Below are positions 61,081 through 64,000 of a stretch of DNA of 64,000 bases, one piece after another (the first letter of the stretch is position 1; the number at the start of each line of letters is the position of its first letter). The stretch covers positions 73,190 to 137,189 of the forward strand of contig CAYWLS010000008.1 of the NCBI GenBank assembly GCA_964458605.1, in the 5' to 3' direction. The notes beneath the pieces are model-generated. The model was not told the origin of the DNA. It was given only the letters and a program-made list of their open reading frames with translations, and did no database searches. This stretch comes from an uncultured Hyphomicrobiales bacterium (GTDB taxonomy: Bacteria; Pseudomonadota; Alphaproteobacteria; Reyranellales; JAQSWP01). The position numbers were made by a program, and so were the translations under genes.

Positions 61081-62895
61081 ATGCCGGTGCTTCCCTTCAC
61101 CACGCGGCCGGAAATCCTCGGCACCTTCGGCGTGGTCGCCTCGACCCATTGGCTGGCCAGCGCAACCGGCATGGCGGTGCTGGAAAAGGGCGGCAACGCC
61201 TTCGACGCCGGCGTGGCCGCCGGCTTCGCGCTGCAGGTGGTGGAACCGCATCTCAACGGGCCGGGCGGCGAAGCGCCGATCATCGTGCACGACATGCGGC
61301 GCGGACGTACCGAGGTGATCTGCGGCCAGGGCGTCGCGCCGGCCGGTGCCACCATCGCGCATTACCGCCGCGAAGGCCTGGACATGGTGCCGGGCACCGG
61401 CCTGCTGGCCACCTGCGTGCCCGGCGCCTTCGACGCCTGGATGGTGCTGCTGCGCGATTACGGCACCATGAGTCTGGAACAGGTTCTGACGCCGGCCATC
61501 GAATTCGCCCGCGACGGCTATCCGCTGGTGCAGCGCATTTGCGACACCATCGCCACGGTGGCCGAGCTGTTCCGGGAGCACTGGAAAAGCTCCGCCGCGG
61601 TCTACCTGCCCGGCGGGCAGATTCCGGCGGCCGGCTCGCTGTTCGCCAACCGGGCGATGGCCGAGACCTATGCCCGGCTGCTGCGCGAGGCGCAGAGCGC
61701 AGGCGGCGACCGGGTCAGCCAGATCGAGAAGGCGCGCCAGGTCTGGTCGCAAGGCTTCATCGCCGAGGCCATCGACAGATTCTGCCGCACCCAGGACGTG
61801 ATGGACGTGTCCGGTGCGCCGCACAGAGGCGTGCTGACCGGCCAGGACATGGCGAAGTGGCAGGTCAGCATCGAGGCGCCGCTTACCTATCAATACGGCA
61901 CCTACACGGTGATGAAATGCGGGCCGTGGAGCCAGGGCCCGGTGATGCTGCAGCAACTGGCGCTGCTCAAGGCGCTGGGCTTCGACGCCGCCGATCCCAC
62001 CGCACCCGATTTCGTGCATCCGGTGATCGAGGCCGCCAAGCTCAGCTATGCCGACCGCGAAGTGTTCTACGGCGATCCCGATTTCGTCGAGGTACCGATC
62101 GATGTGCTGCTGTCGGATGCCTATAACGCGCAACGCGCCAGGCTGATCGGCAAGGACGCGTCGATGGAGCTGCGGCCCGGCAATATCGAGGGCTTCGGCG
62201 GCACCATCAAGCTGCGCCGCGCCGACCAGGCGGCGGGCGCCGGCGCGGGCGAGCCCACCGTGGGCGCGCTGGTCGGCGTCGGCGAACCAACGGTGGAGCG
62301 CACGGGAAGGGTGATCGGCGACACGGTGCATTTCGACATCGTCGACAAGGCCGGCAACATGATCTCGGCGACGCCCAGCGGCGGCTGGCTGCAAAGCTCG
62401 CCGATCATTCCGGAGCTGGGCTTCTGCCTGGGGTCGCGGGCGCAGATGTTCTATCTCGACGAGACCTCGCCCTCGGCGCTGGCGCCGGGCAAGCGGCCGC
62501 GCTCGACGCTGAGCCCGGGCATGGCGCTGCGCGACGGCCAGCCCTATCTCAGCTTCGGCACGCCCGGCGGCGACCAGCAGGACCAATGGTCGACGCAATT
62601 CTTCCTGCGCCACGTCCATGCCGGCATGAATCTGCAAGAGTCGATCGACTGCCCGGCCTTCCACACCGAGCATTTCCCGCTGTCGTTCTGGCCGCGCACC
62701 GCGCGGCCCGGCGTGGCGGTGATCGAGGGCCGCATGCCCAAGGCCACGGTGGCCGAGCTGCAGAAGCGCGGCCATATCGTCGAGCTGGGCGGCGACTGGT
62801 CGGAAGGCCGCATGACCGCCGCCAGCCGCGACGGCAGGCTGCGCAAGGCCGGCGCCAATCCGCGCGGCATGCAGGGCTATGCGCTCGGCCGCTGA
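61081..62895 (+). CDS. Gamma-glutamyltransferase family Ntn-hydrolase
   Basis: GGNAFDAGVA, EPHLNG.GG, DTVH (nucleophile Thr), PGKRPRSTLSP, GTPGGDQQ. Confidence 0.93.
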   Translation: MPVLPFTTRPEILGTFGVVASTHWLASATGMAVLEKGGNAFDAGVAAGFALQVVEPHLNGPGGEAPIIVHDMRRGRTEVICGQGVAPAGATIAHYRREGLDMVPGTGLLATCVPGAFDAWMVLLRDYGTMSLEQVLTPAIEFARDGYPLVQRICDTIATVAELFREHWKSSAAVYLPGGQIPAAGSLFANRAMAETYARLLREAQSAGGDRVSQIEKARQVWSQGFIAEAIDRFCRTQDVMDVSGAPHRGVLTGQDMAKWQVSIEAPLTYQYGTYTVMKCGPWSQGPVMLQQLALLKALGFDAADPTAPDFVHPVIEAAKLSYADREVFYGDPDFVEVPIDVLLSDAYNAQRARLIGKDASMELRPGNIEGFGGTIKLRRADQAAGAGAGEPTVGALVGVGEPTVERTGRVIGDTVHFDIVDKAGNMISATPSGGWLQSSPIIPELGFCLGSRAQMFYLDETSPSALAPGKRPRSTLSPGMALRDGQPYLSFGTPGGDQQDQWSTQFFLRHVHAGMNLQESIDCPAFHTEHFPLSFWPRTARPGVAVIEGRMPKATVAELQKRGHIVELGGDWSEGRMTAASRDGRLRKAGANPRGMQGYALGR

Positions 62896-62907
62896 GGAAG
62901 ACGGTCG

Positions 62908-63633
62908 ATGACCTGGTCGATCGTCGCCCGCGATGAGCAGACCGGCGCCTATGGCTGCGCGGTGGCGACCAAGTTCTTCGCCGTCGGCGCCATGTGCATC
63001 AAGGCCGAAGGCCGGGTCGGCGCGCTGGCGACCCAGGCGCTGATCAATCCCACCTACGGGCCGCGCGGCCTGCGTCTGCTGCGCGAGGGCAAGAGCGCGG
63101 CGGAGGTCGTGGCGGCCTTGACCGCCAGCGACCAGGGAAGCGGCCATCGCCAGCTCCATGTGATCGACGCCCAGGGGCGCAACGCCGCCCATACCGGCGC
63201 CGACTGCATCGAATGGTGCGGCCATCTGCTGCGCCCTGGCTTTTCGGTCGCCGGCAACATGTTGGCCAGGCCCAGGGTGATCGAAGACACCGCCCGGGCT
63301 TTCGAGGCCAACGCCGCCTTGCCGCTGCCGCGCCGGCTGATCGCGGCGATGCAGGCCGGCGAGGCGGCCGGCGGCGACAAGCGCGGCAAGCAATCGGCGG
63401 CGCTGATCGTCTATTCGACCGAGGAATATCCCGAGCTCGATTTGCGCGTCGACGATCACGCCGATCCGCTGGCCGAGCTGGAACGGCTGGAATCCGTCAG
63501 CCGCGAGCGCTTCACCCATTTCCGCGCCTTCCTGCCGACAAGCGACAATCCCTCCGGCGTGTTCGACCGCGCCACGATCGAGGCCGGCATCGCCGCCGCC
63601 ACCGCCACTGCCACTGCCGACGAGTCCAAATGA
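62908..63633 (+). CDS. DUF1028 family Ntn-hydrolase-like protein
   Basis: MTWSIVARD, GALATQA..NP, VAGNML, GGDKRG.QSAAL, DLRVDDH..P..EL. Confidence 0.92.
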   Translation: MTWSIVARDEQTGAYGCAVATKFFAVGAMCIKAEGRVGALATQALINPTYGPRGLRLLREGKSAAEVVAALTASDQGSGHRQLHVIDAQGRNAAHTGADCIEWCGHLLRPGFSVAGNMLARPRVIEDTARAFEANAALPLPRRLIAAMQAGEAAGGDKRGKQSAALIVYSTEEYPELDLRVDDHADPLAELERLESVSRERFTHFRAFLPTSDNPSGVFDRATIEAGIAAATATATADESK

Positions 63634-64000
63634 GCGAGGCGCTGCTCGACATACGCGGCCTGCGCACCAGCTTCGCCACCGACGACGGCGTGGTGCTGGC
63701 GGTCGACAATGTCGACCTGTCGATGGGGCGCGGCCGTACAATGTGCGTGGTGGGCGAATCGGGCAGCGGCAAGAGCGTCACTGCCCTGTCGATCATGGGC
63801 CTGATCAAGCAGCCGCCGGGCCGGGTCGAGGGCAGCATCGTCTATGACGGCATCGAGCTCACCGGCCTGCCGGCCAAGACCATGCGCGATCTGCGCGGCA
63901 ACCGGCTGGCGATGATCTTCCAGGAGCCGATGACCTCGCTCAACCCGGCTTTCACCATCGGCATGCAGATCGAGGAGGCGCTGCTGCGCCACGGCAAAGC
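63630..64000 (+). CDS. Peptide/dipeptide ABC transporter ATP-binding protein (DppD/OppD-like), 3' end off the window
   Basis: Read by hand: [15 protein letters not shown]...AVDNVDL...[12 protein letters not shown]...[13 protein letters not shown]. Confidence 0.93.
   Translation, partial: MSEALLDIRGLRTSFATDDGVVLAVDNVDLSMGRGRTMCVVGESGSGKSVTALSIMGLIKQPPGRVEGSIVYDGIELTGLPAKTMRDLRGNRLAMIFQEPMTSLNPAFTIGMQIEEALLRHGK

Overview
GC-rich bacterial chromosome segment; gene order and sequences point to Alphaproteobacteria, probably Rhodospirillales-like (inference). (1) 1-15.1 kb is an accessory CoA-dependent catabolic cluster: BadI-like ring-opening hydrolase, Cys-less thiolase-fold/DUF35 pair, acyl-CoA dehydrogenase, ADP-forming CoA ligase, crotonase, SDR, type III sulfatase-like hydrolase, split TctABC and FadR/TetR regulators. 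It ends at the 3' end of tRNA-Lys(TTT). (2) 15.2-64 kb is mostly core genome: coaD, gyrA, ssb, uvrA, trmFO, secDF-yajC, nlpD-pcm-surE-serS-tatCBA-scpBA-nagZ-SPOR-argS-dgt and hrpB. It is interrupted by small insertions: a hybrid kinase, a repeat-flanked gene relic, a His-tailed cupin, a MazEF-like TA pair, SRAP, VOC genes, a secreted polyproline protein, a GT25 and a MacAB-like efflux operon. The strongest observations outside the ORF track are a decayed ~335-bp copy of the hrpB 3' end that brackets the efflux operon, three copies of a TTAATG-N6-CATTAA palindrome that define a putative TetR regulon, and integrase arm-like direct repeats beside tRNA-Lys. Start codons were chosen by eye, family calls rest on remembered motifs, and no database search was run.
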